This document shows, piece by piece, positions 1 to 11,405 of a stretch of DNA of 64,000 bases. The position numbers were made by a program, and so were the translations under genes. Where the stretch lies: positions 800,001-864,000 of the forward strand of contig CAVPLT010000004.1 in assembly GCA_963706325.1 (NCBI GenBank), read 5' to 3'. Below the pieces are notes generated by a model. The model worked only from the letters and a program-made list of their open reading frames with translations, was not told the origin of the DNA and did no database searches. The stretch's first letter is position 1, and each line of letters begins with the position of its first letter. This stretch comes from an uncultured Nitrospiraceae bacterium. GTDB taxonomy: Bacteria > Nitrospirota > Nitrospiria > Nitrospirales > Nitrospiraceae.

Positions 1-899
1 GCATGCTTGACGACGTTGAATAAAAGTTCCCGCACCGACTGAAACAACAGGACCGCCTGGTCATCGGGGAGTGTCAACGAGCCCGGTGCGGCCTGGACTG
101 CAACCTTGAGACCATGTTGCTTCATTTGATCGCCCAGCCAGGCCAGCGATTTCAGTAATCCAAATTGATAGAGAATATGAGGGCTGAGTTCCGCGACCAA
201 TGATCGAGTATAGGTCAGGGCCTGGTCCAGCATCTGATCGACCCGGCTTAGTGAAGTCGAGAGGTTCTTGTCCTTAATCTGTAAAATAATTTGCGAGAGG
301 CCGAGGCGACTGGCCACGACCAGCTGGGCGAGGTAGTCATGCAAGTCAGTGGCGAGCCTCCGGCGTTCGCGTTGTTCGGTCAGGGTCAGTTCCGACGCCA
401 GTGCGCGTAAGCGATCTTGAGACCCGCGCAGTTCGTGGGTCCGTTCGATCAGAAGCCGTTCAAAGTCGGTGGCGAGTTGTTGCAATTGACGCTCCGCCTG
501 CTTGCGGGGCGAAATATCCCGGGCAATTTTGGAAGCGCCGATAATACGGCCGGCAGAATCTTTCAGCGGGGACACCGTCAGAGATATCTCCACGAACGAT
601 CCGTCTTTGCGTTGCCTCACGGTTTCATAGTGGTCAATGCGGTCGCCGTTATGAAGACGCTCTAAAATCTGAATTTCCTCATGGCAGCGATCGGGCGGAA
701 TGAGACGATGAATGGGCTGGCCGATCATCTCTTGAGCCGTGTATCCGAAGAGGGCCTCGGCTCCTCGGTTCCAGGTAAGCACGACACCCTGCAGGTTTTT
801 AGAAATGATCGCGTCGTCTGAAAATTCTACGATTGCCGCTGCCTGGGCGAGGGCGAACTCGGGGTTGTCAGATAGGAACGAGGTGGATTCATTACTCAT
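1..899 (-). CDS. PAS-domain sensor histidine kinase, NarL/HisKA_3 type (partial, runs off the left edge)
   Basis: Manual translation from ATG at 899: PAS (DDAIISKNLQGVVLTWNRGAEALFGY...RKDGSFVEISLTVSP), H-box ERRRLATDLHDYLAQ, N-box RELLFNVVKHA. Not in the ORF track because it is truncated. Confidence 0.9.
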   Translation of the reverse strand, partial: MSNESTSFLSDNPEFALAQAAAIVEFSDDAIISKNLQGVVLTWNRGAEALFGYTAQEMIGQPIHRLIPPDRCHEEIQILERLHNGDRIDHYETVRQRKDGSFVEISLTVSPLKDSAGRIIGASKIARDISPRKQAERQLQQLATDFERLLIERTHELRGSQDRLRALASELTLTEQRERRRLATDLHDYLAQLVVASRLGLSQIILQIKDKNLSTSLSRVDQMLDQALTYTRSLVAELSPHILYQFGLLKSLAWLGDQMKQHGLKVAVQAAPGSLTLPDDQAVLLFQSVRELLFNVVKH

Positions 900-1004
900 A
901 CATTCGGTCAGTCCTATACCCCGCCTACCCGTGGTTTCTAGGCACGCGTTGAGGTCGCAATGGCAGTCGGCTATTGCGGGCCAATATACGATCTTAAAGG
1001 CCAC

Positions 1005-1082
1005 ATTTTAAACCAGCATTTAAACTGCGCCACTAGGCAAAACGCTAGCGATGTTTGTGGCCAAATCTAGGGAGACGCCTAG
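1005..1082 (-). promoter_or_regulatory. Two CTAG-N8-CTAG boxes (1033-1048, 1067-1082) and -10 TAAAAT (1005-1010) for the PAS kinase
   Basis: Both palindromes are perfect; the -10 lies 22 nt from the proximal box. Confidence 0.75.
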
Positions 1083-1253
1083 TCCTGTGAGCGTTAAGGA
1101 AGTTACATTTTGGAAGCCTTGCGTATCCAGGTCCCTGCAATCGCTGCTAAGGCGTGAATGAGGGGGGTTCACATAGGAGCTCCTCGGAACGCGGCTTTTT
1201 ATGGCGAGGATTCATGTGAGATGGTACTCTCTGCCGTTGCGTATATTGTCCAA

Positions 1254-1298
1254 CTAGGGGTTCCCCTAGTCCTTCCTCATCTCGAAGCTATCTATAGT
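1254..1298 (+). promoter_or_regulatory. CTAG-N8-CTAG box (1254-1269) and -10 TATAGT (1293-1298) for the poly-HAMP kinase operon
   Basis: Perfect palindrome at 1254-1269, 23-nt spacer, then TATAGT. Confidence 0.75.
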
Positions 1299-1377
1299 GT
1301 TTCGCGCTAGAAATGTTCGGCAATTCTTTTTCCCGCCCATAGGAAGATCGTGTCCACACCACTCGACGGAGGAATTG

Positions 1378-4300
1378 ATGAAAAGCAAGCCGCGTACGCA
1401 GGCGGGTGAGCGACAGGAGTCCGGCCTTCTCCATGATCATGGGCACGATAAGGCTATCCTAAGCATACTTCAGGCGGTCAAGAAGGGTGACTTTTCGGTG
1501 CGGCTCCCCGCAGAGTGGACGGGAATGGCCGGAAAGATCGCCGATGAAATTAATGGTTTGATCGAGTTGAATGCCCTGTTTGCAGAGGAGTTCAAACGGG
1601 TCAGCCACGCGGTCGGGAAAAAGGGAAAATTATCCGAGCGAGCCTCGGTGCCGGAAGCCAGGGGAGAGTGGAAGACCAACATCGAAGCCGTGAACGGTCT
1701 TATCGATGACTTGGTACGGCCGACTACTGAAATGGCCCGTGTCATTGGCGCCGTGGCCAAGGGGGATTTGACTCAATCCGTGGCGTTGGAAGCGGAAGGC
1801 CATCCGTTACGAGGAGAATTCTTGAGCACAGCTAAAACCGTCAACAGCATGGTGGGTCAGCTCGACGCGTTTGCGGCGGAGGTTACGCGGGTCGCTCGAG
1901 AAGTGGGCACGGAAGGCAAACTGGGTGGACAGGCAGTCGTACCAGGCGTCGCCGGCACGTGGAAGGATCTCACTGACAATGTCAATTCAATGGCTAGCAA
2001 CCTCACGAACCAGGTGCGCAATATTGCGGAGGTCACGATTGCCGTGGCCAACGGCGACCTCTCGAAAAAGATTACGGCCGACGTGCGCGGCGAGATTCTC
2101 CAGCTCAAAGACACGATTAATACCATGGTTGATCAATTGCGCAGCTTTGCGGCGGAGGTGACCCGTGTCGCGCGTGAAGTGGGGACCGACGGCAAGCTTG
2201 GCGGGCAGGCCGTTGTGCCAGGCGTCGCCGGGACCTGGAAAGATCTCACTGACAGCGTGAATTCCATGGCCAGCAATCTGACGAATCAAGTGCGGAACAT
2301 CGCGGATGTGACAGTTGCGGTGGCCAATGGGGACCTTTCGAAAAAAATTACGGTAGACGTACGCGGCGAAATTCTGCAGCTCAAAGATACGATCAACACA
2401 ATGGTTGACCAGCTGCGCAGCTTTGCGGCGGAGGTCACGCGCGTCGCGCGCGAAGTAGGCACGGACGGCAAGCTGGGTGGCCAGGCTCAAGTACGGGACG
2501 TGAGTGGGGTCTGGAAGGATTTGACGGAGAGTGTGAACCTTATGGCAGGCAATCTGACGGCCCAGGTCCGTAACATTGCCGATGTGACGACAGCCGTCGC
2601 CAACGGGGACCTCTCCAAGAAAATCACCGCGGACGTGCGGGGTGAAATTCTTCAGCTTAAGGAAGCCATCAATACAATGGTGGATCAATTACGAGGGTTC
2701 GCGGCGGAAGTCACGCGCGTGGCCCGGGAGGTCGGTACCGAGGGGAAGTTGGGCGGGCAGGCCGTGGTGCCAGGCGTGGCCGGGACCTGGAAAGATCTGA
2801 CGGACAGCGTGAATTCCATGGCCAGCAATCTGACGAACCAAGTGCGCAATATTGCGGAGGTCACGACCGCCGTGGCCAACGGCGACCTCTCGAAAAAGAT
2901 TACGGCCGACGTACGCGGCGAGATTCTCCAGCTCAAAGACACGATCAATACCATGGTGGACCAGCTGCGCAGTTTTGCGGCCGAGGTCACGCGCGTCGCG
3001 CGCGAGGTCGGCACGGATGGGAAGCTCGGCGGTCAAGCACAGGTTCGGGACGTGAGCGGCGTATGGAAAGACCTGACCGATAGCGTGAATTCCATGGCGA
3101 GTAATCTCACGGCGCAGGTCAGAAACATCGCGGAAGTCACCACGGCGGTGGCCAACGGCGACCTCTCGAAAAAGATTACGGCCGACGTACGCGGCGAGAT
3201 TCTCCAGCTCAAAGAGGCCATCAACACGATGGTCGACCAGTTACGCAGCTTCGCGGCGGAAGTCACGCGGGTGGCCCTTGAGGTCGGCACGGAAGGCAAA
3301 CTTGGCGGGCAGGCCCAGGTGCGGGATGTGAGCGGCGTTTGGAAGGATCTGACGGAAAGTGTCAACCTGATGGCCGGTAATCTCACCGACCAAGTGCGCA
3401 ACATCGCCGACGTGACGATCGCCGTGGCGAATGGAGATTTGTCAAAAAAAATCACCGTGGACGTGCGCGGCGAAATTCTCCAGTTGAAGGAAGCCATCAA
3501 CACGATGGTCGATCAGTTACGTAGCTTCGCGGCGGAAGTCACGCGCGTGGCCCGCGAGGTGGGCACCGAAGGCAAACTCGGTGGACAGGCGGCGGTGTCC
3601 GGGGTGGCCGGGACCTGGAAGGACCTCACGGACAGTGTCAATTCCATGGCCAGCAATCTCACCGACCAGGTGAGAAACATTGCCTATGTCACGATTGCCG
3701 TCGCAAACGGGGATCTATCGAAAAAGATCACGGCGGATGTGCGCGGAGAGATCCTTCAGCTCAAGGAAGCCATCAATACGATGGTCGACCAGCTGAGAAG
3801 CTTCGCGGCCGAAGTGACGCGCGTGGCGCGCGAGGTCGGGACAGAGGGCAAAGTTGGGCGGGCAGGCACAGGTGCGAGATGTGAGCGGTGTCTGGAAAGA
3901 CCTGACTGACAGCGTGAATCTCATGGCCGGAAATTTAACGGACCAGGTGCGCAACATTGCGAATGTGACGATTGCCGTGGCGAACGGTGACCTGTCCAAA
4001 AAGATTACGGTAGACGTGCATGGCGAGATTCTCCAGCTCAAAGAAGCCATCAACACGATGGTCGACCAGTTGAGAAGCTTTGCCGCGGAAGTCACACGCG
4101 TGGCGAGGGAAGTCGGCACCGAAGGGAAGTTGGGCGGGCAGGCCATCGTTCCTGGCGTCGCGGGAACTTGGAAGGACTTGACCGACAGCGTGAATAGCAT
4201 GGCGCGGAATCTCACGGCGCAAGTCCGGAACATCGCGGAAGTGACGATTGCGGTGGCCAGCGGCGACCTGTCAAAGAAAATCACCGTCGACGTGCACGGC

Positions 4301-7300
4301 GAGATTCTGCAACTCAAAGATACGACGAATACCATGGTGGACCAGTTGAACGCGTTTGCCGCGGAAGTCACACGCGTGGCGCGGGAAGTCGGCACCGAAG
4401 GGAAGTTGGGCGGGCAGGCCGTGGTGCCGGGGGTGGCGGGGACGTGGAAGGACCTGACCGATAGCGTGAATGCGATGGCAAGCAATCTGACGGCCCAGGT
4501 GCGGAATATCGCGGAAGTGACCATCGCGGTGGCCAGCGGCGACCTGTCGAAGAAAATCACGGTGGACGTGCGCGGCGAAATTCTTCAGCTGAAGGACACG
4601 ACGAATACGATGGTGGACCAGTTGAATGGGTTTGCCGCGGAAGTCACCAGGGTGGCGCGAGAAGTCGGCACCGAAGGGAAGCTGGGTGGGCAGGCCGTGG
4701 TACCGGGGGTGGCGGGAATCTGGAAGGATTTGACCGACAGCGTGAACGCCATGGCGAGTAACCTGACGGTGCAATTGCGGGATATGTCGACCGTCGCCAC
4801 CTCCATCGCGAATGGAGATTTGACGAGACAGATCACGGTGGATGTACGCGGAGAGATTCTGCAAATCAAGGACGTCATCAACCGCATGGTCGCCCAGCTC
4901 AGCGCCTTTGCGAGCGAGGTGACGCGTGTGGCGCGAGAAGTCGGCACCGAAGGCAAGCTCGGTGGTCAGGCGATTGTGCCGGGGGTTCCGGGAACCTGGA
5001 AGGATCTGACCGAGAGCGTGAATCTTCTGGCGGCCAATCTTACGACGCAGGTGCGCGCCATTGCTGAAGTCGCCACGGCCGTCACGCAAGGAGACCTCAC
5101 GAGGTCTATTCAGGTTCAGGCGCGCGGCGAGGTCGCGGAGCTGAAAGACAATATCAACGTCATGATCCGGACATTACAGGCGACGACCGATCAGAACACG
5201 GAGCAGGACTGGCTCAAGACCAACCTCGCGAAATTCACGCGCATGATGCAAGGGCAACGGGACTTGACCACAGTGGGTGATCTGTTGCTGACCGAGCTGG
5301 CGCCGTTGGTCAATGCGCAATACGGAGCGATCTATCAGCGTGATACGGCGGACAAGCCGCTGTTGCGGTTGCTGGCAAGTTATGCGGGTGGGGCAGAGGT
5401 GGTGGCGCCCGAGGAGATGAGGGTCGGGGTCGGGCTCGTCGCGCAATGCGCACGGGAAAAACGACGCATTATGCTGACCAACGTTCCCTCCGACTATATA
5501 CGGATTCGCTCGGGACTGGGACAGGCTCACGCGCGTAACGTGATCGTCTTGCCCGTCCTGTTCGAAGGCCAGACCAAGGCGGTCATCGAACTCGCGACCC
5601 TGTCAGAGTTCACCCCGACCCATGTGGGCTTCCTCGGGCAGTTAACTGAGACGATCGGTGTGGTGGTCAATACGATTGAAGCGACGATGCAGACAGAAGG
5701 CCTGCTGCAACAGTCGCAGAACCTGGCCACCGAGTTACAGGCCCAACAAAAGGAGCTGCAGCAAACCAACGAAGAGCTGGCCAAAAAGGCTCAACAGCTC
5801 GCTGAACAGAATGCAGAAGTGGAAATGAAGAACAGGGAAATCGAGCAGGCCCGGCATGCGTTGGAAGATAAGGCGCGAGAGCTGGCTTTGGCGTCGAAGT
5901 ACAAGTCCGAGTTCCTCGCCAACATGTCTCACGAACTACGGACTCCCCTGAATAGCATCCTCATTCTGGCGCAACAACTGGGGGAGAACCCGGACCGTAA
6001 CCTCAGCTCCAAACAGGTGGAATTTTCCAAAAACATTCACGCGGCGGGCGCCGACCTTCTCAATTTGATCAGCGATATTCTAGATTTGTCGAAGATCGAG
6101 TCCGGCACCGTCACGGTCGAGCCGGAAGAAGTGCTCTTCATGAAAGTCCGCGAAGCCACCGAGCGCAGTTTCCGTCACGTCGCGGAAGCGAGGCAGCTGA
6201 CCTTTCAGATCGACATCGATTCGCAGTTGCCCCGCAGCATGGTGACCGACTTCAAGCGATTGCAGCAGGTGTTGAAGAATCTCCTGTCGAATGCCTTCAA
6301 GTTTACCTCTCATGGCCAAGTGACGTTCCGCGTTCGACGCGCCTTGACAGGATGGAGCCTGGATCACGCGGTCTTGAGTACGGTCCCCACGGTGGTGGCC
6401 TTCGAAGTGAGTGACACCGGAATCGGTATCCCGGTGGAAAAGCAGAAGATTGTCTTCGAGGCTTTTCAACAGGCGGACGCAGGGACGAGCCGGCGGTTCG
6501 GAGGCACGGGGCTTGGGCTGGCGATCAGTCGCGAATTGGCCATGCTGCTGGGCGGCGAAATTCGTCTCGTGAGCGCTCCCGGAGAAGGCAGCACATTTAC
6601 GCTGTATTTGCCTGAGGTATATTTGGGCGCGACGCCGGAACTCATTCCTCCCAAGTTTAAATTGCAGGAACAAGCGCCGTTGCTGGTGCAGCAGGCCCAT
6701 CGCCTGGAAGATATTCCGGATGATCGGGAGAGCATTATTCCCGGCGAGCCGACAGTGCTGATCGTCGAAGATGATCCGCATTATGCCCGTGTGCTTCTAG
6801 GAGCCGTTCGGGAGAAGGGGCTGAAGGGAATTGTGACCGCCCATGGACGGTTGGCCTTGAGCTTGACGAGGGAATATAAGCCTGTCGCCATCACACTGGA
6901 TATCTTCTTGCCGGACATGCTGGGCTGGACGGTTCTCAGTCACCTGAAGCAGGATCCCGAAACTCGACATATCCCGGTCCAGATTCTCACCGTGGAGGAA
7001 GAGCGGTTGCATGGTTTGGGACACGGCGCTTTCGCCTACATGATCAAGCCCACCACGACAGAAGACCTGGGCGAGACGTTCGGACGTCTGGTCAACTTCA
7101 CAAAACCCAGACGTAAGCAATTGTTGCTGGTCGAGGATAATGAGATCGAGAGCCGCAGCCTCTGCGAGTTACTGAGCCACGAAGAGGTGGACATCGTGCC
7201 GAGCAACAACGGGACGGATGCCTGGAATCTGCTCTCCCAACGGCATTTCGACTGCGTCGTCTTGGACCTTCGACTGCCCGATATGTCCGGCTTCCAGATT

Positions 7301-7942
7301 CTCGAACGTATCCGTGAACATGAGGCTCTGCGGAACCTTCCCGTCATCGTCTCGACAGGCAAGGACTTGAGCGAGGAAGAAGAAATCCACCTGAGGGAGC
7401 TGTCCCAAGGGATCGTGCTGAAAGGTGTGCAATCGCCGGAACGGCTGCTGGACGAGGCGACATTGTTCTTGCATTTAGTGGTGGCCCAATTACCGCCTGA
7501 AAAGCAGCGCATGTTGGAACGGGTTCGTCAGAGTGACGATGCGCTGGTCGGGAAGAAGGTGTTGGTGGTGGATGACGACATGCGAAATATTTTTGCCCTG
7601 ACCAGTCTTCTGGAGCGCCATGGGATGGACGTAATCAGTTGCGAAACCGGACGAGAAGCGATTCGAAATGTGGAAGAGGATGGCGACCTAGATATGGTCC
7701 TGATGGATATCATGATGCCCGAAATGGACGGCTATGAAACCATGCGCCAAATCAGGCAGAATCCGCAGCATCGGCTGCTGCCCATTTTGGCGCTGACGGC
7801 GAAGGCCATGAAGGGCGACCGAGAACGCTGCCTCCAAGCCGGCGCGTCGGATTATATCGCGAAACCGGTGAACACCGATGAACTGTTGGCGCTCCTCAGG
7901 ATTTGGCTGTTTGGGCGCAAGAAAGCGATGGGTCGTCCATGA
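1378..7942 (+). CDS. Poly-HAMP / GAF / HisKA / HATPase / 3x receiver hybrid histidine kinase (OsaA/Nik1-like); frameshift at ~3851
   Basis: RBS GGAGGA before ATG 1378; 12 conserved 92-aa repeats ([19 protein letters not shown]); [25 protein letters not shown]; three REC domains. ORFs 1297-3909 and 3854-7942 join if one extra A is removed (ggcaaagttggg). Confidence 0.93.
1873..5170 (+). repeat. Intragenic ~276-bp tandem repeat (12 units) encoding the HAMP array
   Basis: Recurring GAGGTCACGCGCGTCGCGCGCGAAGTCGGCAC-like units with a 92-codon period. Confidence 0.9.
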
Positions 7943-8012
7943 TGGCCTTCGTTGTTCACTTGCCACTTCCTAGTCGTTCCTCGCACCGCGGCTTCCCGGT
8001 AAGGAGTCGTCT

Positions 8013-10046
8013 ATGACCAATATCCAGGCAAAAATCCTGTTGGTTGATGACGACGCCAGAAGTCTGATGGCAATGGAAACATTGCTGACGGGTCCCGGAA
8101 GGGTCGTCATCACGGCAGATTCTGGCCAGGAGGCTCTGCGCCAAGTGCTTCGTCACGATTTTGCCGTGATTCTGCTCGATGTCCGCATGCCCAGAGTCGA
8201 TGGATTCGAGGCTGCCGAATTAATACGACAGCGGGAGCAGTCGCGTCACACGCCGATTATCTTTTTATCGGCTGTGGACAAGTTGGACGAAGATGTATTC
8301 CGAGGACTGGCGAGCGGGGCAGTGGACTATCTGTTTAAACCGGTCGTTCCCGAAGTACTGCAAAGTAAAGTTTCTGTATTCGTGGACCTGTATCGTATGC
8401 GCGAGCGGGTGAAGATTCAGGCTGTTCGGCAGGGGGAAGAGCGTTTTAGCCTGCTGGTGGACAGCATCAGGGACTATTCAATTCTCCTGCTGAGTCCGGA
8501 AGGGACGATCACCAGCTGGAATCCCGGCGCCCAACTGGTCGAAGGATACGAAGCGTCGGAAGTCATCGGCCTCAACCATGCCGTATTTTTCGCCAGCGAG
8601 GAGATCACACAAGGTAATCCGGCCCTGACGCTGGAAATGGCGGCAGCCGCCGGTCAGCATGAGGACGAAGGTTGGAGAGTGCGCAAGGATGGATCCAGAT
8701 TCTGGGCCAATGTCGTCACGACCGCCATGAAAGACGAGGCCGGAAAAATCAGCGGGTTTGCCCGCGTCGCCCGTGATCTGACGGAGCGGAAGGCCGCGGA
8801 GGAACAGTTACGAAAGATTGCCGTCGAACTGGAACAGCGCGTCAGCGAACGGACGCAAGAATTGCGCGATTCTCACGTGCGGCTTCGTGATCTCGCGACG
8901 GAACTGACTTTGACGGAACAGCGCGAGCGGCGGAGGTTGGCGGGCGACCTGCACGACTATTTAGCGCAATTACTGGTACTCATCCGGATAAAAATCCGCC
9001 AAGCCTCGGCCCATGTCAAAGAAGCGGCTCCGACGTCCCTGCTGATGGAGGCCGATCAGGCCATCATCGACTCGCTCAACTACACGCGATCTTTGGTAGC
9101 CGAATTGGCTCCTCCCGCGCTACAGGAGTTTGGGCTTCTCGAGGGATTCGGATGGCTGGCTGAGCAAATGCAGAATCATGGCCTGACGGTCACGGTTAAA
9201 AAGAACATCCAACGGGTCGAACTGGATGACGACCAGGCGGTGCTCGTGTTTCAATCAACGCGTGAATTGTTATTCAACGTGTTGAAACATGCCGGCACCA
9301 ATCAGGCGGAAGTCACGATTGATAAAAATGACGACGGCCATCTCGTGGTAAGGGTGAAGGATGAGGGTTGTGGTTTCAATCCCGATGAAGTGATCGCACC
9401 GAGCGATGAGCGAAAGCGATTCGGACTATTCAGTGTCCGAGAGCGCACCGAGGCCATGGGAGGCCGACTTGAGGTAACTTCTCTCAGCGACCGGGGCACC
9501 TGCGCGGCATTGATCGTTCCCTATTGGCCTTCGGCGCCACGCCCGGCGATGAAGCCGACGCCGGCCGCACCGCCGGTAGCGCAGGGAGTCGAGTCACGGG
9601 TGAACTTGGAATCTTCCGCGCTCGATGAAAGAGTCCGTTCAACCGGTGATGATCCTGTTCAGGGTAAGGTCCTACGTATACTCCTGGCTGATGACCATGC
9701 GATGGTCCGACAGGGCCTGCGCAGTATTTTGGACGCCTATCGCGACATCACCGTGGTGGGCGAAGCGGCTGATGGAGAGGAGGCAGTGGCAATGGCCGGC
9801 TTGTTGGATCCCGATGTGATCGTCATGGATGTCAATATGGCGAAGTTGGACGGCATCGAAGCGACACGCCGGGTGAAAGCTAAATGGCCTGAGATCCTCG
9901 TCGTCGGGCTCTCAGTATCCACGCGCGCCCAGGTAGAGTCACTGCTGTTAGAGGCAGGGGCCAGCTGCTACGTGTCTAAGGAGTCGGCCGGCGAGCATCT
10001 GTATGGCGCGATTGTCACGGCGGTGCAACAGCACGCCAACCAATGA
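8013..10046 (+). CDS. REC-PAS-HisKA_3-HATPase-REC hybrid kinase (OsaB-like N-terminal receiver, NarL-type C-terminal receiver)
   Basis: KILLVDDD...LLDVRMP; PAS (WNPGAQ..GY, RKDGSRFWA); ERRRLAGDLHDYLAQ; DEGCGF/FGLFSVRER; ILLADDHAMVRQGL. Confidence 0.92.
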   Translation: MTNIQAKILLVDDDARSLMAMETLLTGPGRVVITADSGQEALRQVLRHDFAVILLDVRMPRVDGFEAAELIRQREQSRHTPIIFLSAVDKLDEDVFRGLASGAVDYLFKPVVPEVLQSKVSVFVDLYRMRERVKIQAVRQGEERFSLLVDSIRDYSILLLSPEGTITSWNPGAQLVEGYEASEVIGLNHAVFFASEEITQGNPALTLEMAAAAGQHEDEGWRVRKDGSRFWANVVTTAMKDEAGKISGFARVARDLTERKAAEEQLRKIAVELEQRVSERTQELRDSHVRLRDLATELTLTEQRERRRLAGDLHDYLAQLLVLIRIKIRQASAHVKEAAPTSLLMEADQAIIDSLNYTRSLVAELAPPALQEFGLLEGFGWLAEQMQNHGLTVTVKKNIQRVELDDDQAVLVFQSTRELLFNVLKHAGTNQAEVTIDKNDDGHLVVRVKDEGCGFNPDEVIAPSDERKRFGLFSVRERTEAMGGRLEVTSLSDRGTCAALIVPYWPSAPRPAMKPTPAAPPVAQGVESRVNLESSALDERVRSTGDDPVQGKVLRILLADDHAMVRQGLRSILDAYRDITVVGEAADGEEAVAMAGLLDPDVIVMDVNMAKLDGIEATRRVKAKWPEILVVGLSVSTRAQVESLLLEAGASCYVSKESAGEHLYGAIVTAVQQHANQ

Positions 10047-10267
10047 GAGAGTGAAGGCTGGGACAGCACTACCGAACGCCGACCCTCCGCCCTAGCAGTG
10101 GACGAGCGACATGAGGTGGCGCTCAAAGACAGCGAAATTCACCGCGGCGATGGAGGAAGCCACAAGAGTCCATCACTGGGAACGACCACCCGTATACAAA
10201 TTTGGGGGCTGCTGTCCTGCGATTTAGACAAGCCTAACCTTGGATAGGGCCCAGTGGTCGGACTCAC

Positions 10268-10642
10268 TCATCTCGGAACCGACGGAGGAGGTAATTCAGG
10301 AGCCGCACTTTCCATCACCCGCACGGCTCGACCTTGTTTATCCAGTTTCAGGGTCACTCTCTGGCCCACCGAGAGATTAATGAAGAGCTCTGGCTTAACG
10401 ATCTGGAATGCAACTTCTTTACCGACATCGGTGGTCAGGGTGCCCTTCTTTTCTGCCACATTCACCATGCCGAGCGTTCCGGAGACCGTGTCATAATTCT
10501 CAGCTGTCTCGGCATGTACTTTTGGAAGGCGATGGATCTGAACCTCCGCTAGGGTGCCAAACAGCAAAGCTGCCGCGATCCCGCCCAAAGCTATGCCTCG
10601 AAGGACCAACCGGCTTATGCCCTGTTCTTTCTGATCATCCAT
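10268..10642 (-). CDS. Hypothetical exported or membrane-anchored protein with an OB-fold-like domain
   Basis: RBS AAGGAGGAG; N-terminal hydrophobic segment; beta-rich GTL..V...GTLT...LSVGQRVTL. Confidence 0.7.
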   Translation of the reverse strand: MDDQKEQGISRLVLRGIALGGIAAALLFGTLAEVQIHRLPKVHAETAENYDTVSGTLGMVNVAEKKGTLTTDVGKEVAFQIVKPELFINLSVGQRVTLKLDKQGRAVRVMESAAPELPPPSVPR

Positions 10643-10694
10643 AATTCTCCTCCTTCAACGGGCGTCCCCTGCAGGCCACGAATGGCTACCCCGT

Positions 10695-10886
10695 CTATTT
10701 AGGCGAACCGGGCATGAGAGGTGGCTGCGGAGTCGATGGCGGAGTCGGCACAGGATCCGTAGGTCTAGGTGGAACTGTCGGGCCTGGACCTGGTTGAGGC
10801 GCCGGCGTGGGCGCCTGACCAAACAAAAGAAGGGCATCAGCGCAGACAATGCCGCAAAAGCCCAATGTAGCCAATAATCTTCTCAT
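10695..10886 (-). CDS. Small Pro-rich secreted peptide
   Basis: RBS AAAGGAG; signal-like N-terminus; Pro-rich tail. Confidence 0.6.
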   Translation of the reverse strand: MRRLLATLGFCGIVCADALLLFGQAPTPAPQPGPGPTVPPRPTDPVPTPPSTPQPPLMPGSPK

Positions 10887-10950
10887 CGAGATTACTCCTT
10901 TCCGCAGCCCCCACTGTCTTGCCGTTATGATCGCCCTTATATGATCGCCC

Positions 10951-11358
10951 TTACTGTGAATTTGCGCCGGACGCCGCAGGCACTGATTCCATCACCACTT
11001 TGTGGCAGATCTCAGCACATTGTCGACAGTCCCTTGCACAGTCTGCACAAAGCGGGTGATGCGGAGCATGTTCCTCACAGACGCCCGCGCAGACCTCACA
11101 CAGTTCCGCGCACAGTGCGCACATGCGGATGGCGAAGGCGGAAGTCCGTCCCATCCATTGGGCGGCGAGCAAACAAATATCGGCGCAATCGCGGCAGAGC
11201 CTGATGCATCGCGCCATTAAATCCTGTGAGGACTGATGGGACATGCCGACCATGTCATCCCCGCAGGTATTGCAAATTCGCGCGCAAGCCAGACAGGCCT
11301 CAATACATTCATTCACATGCTGCCCGACTGAGCGCTGGATGGCGTCGGTTGACTTCAT
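10951..11358 (-). CDS. Four-helix-bundle copper-storage protein (Csp3/DUF326 family)
   Basis: 19 Cys in CxxxC/CxxC helical spacing; no signal peptide; RBS GGAGG. Confidence 0.88.
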   Translation of the reverse strand: MKSTDAIQRSVGQHVNECIEACLACARICNTCGDDMVGMSHQSSQDLMARCIRLCRDCADICLLAAQWMGRTSAFAIRMCALCAELCEVCAGVCEEHAPHHPLCADCARDCRQCAEICHKVVMESVPAASGANSQ

Positions 11359-11405
11359 ACGCGCACCTCCCTAATTTCAGACAGGCCCCACCTATGCATA
11401 TGAGC

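Noticed and set aside
3840..3860. Programmed ribosomal frameshift in the poly-HAMP kinase
   Set aside because: No canonical slippery heptamer; one extra A relative to the sister repeats; similar indels occur throughout the window
1873..5170. Regular long repeats as a possible CRISPR array
   Set aside because: 276-bp in-frame protein repeats with no unique spacers and no cas genes
1470..9922. Many antisense and alternate-frame ORFs over the kinase genes
   Set aside because: Shadow ORFs of GC-rich repetitive coding sequence, with no RBS or recognisable motifs
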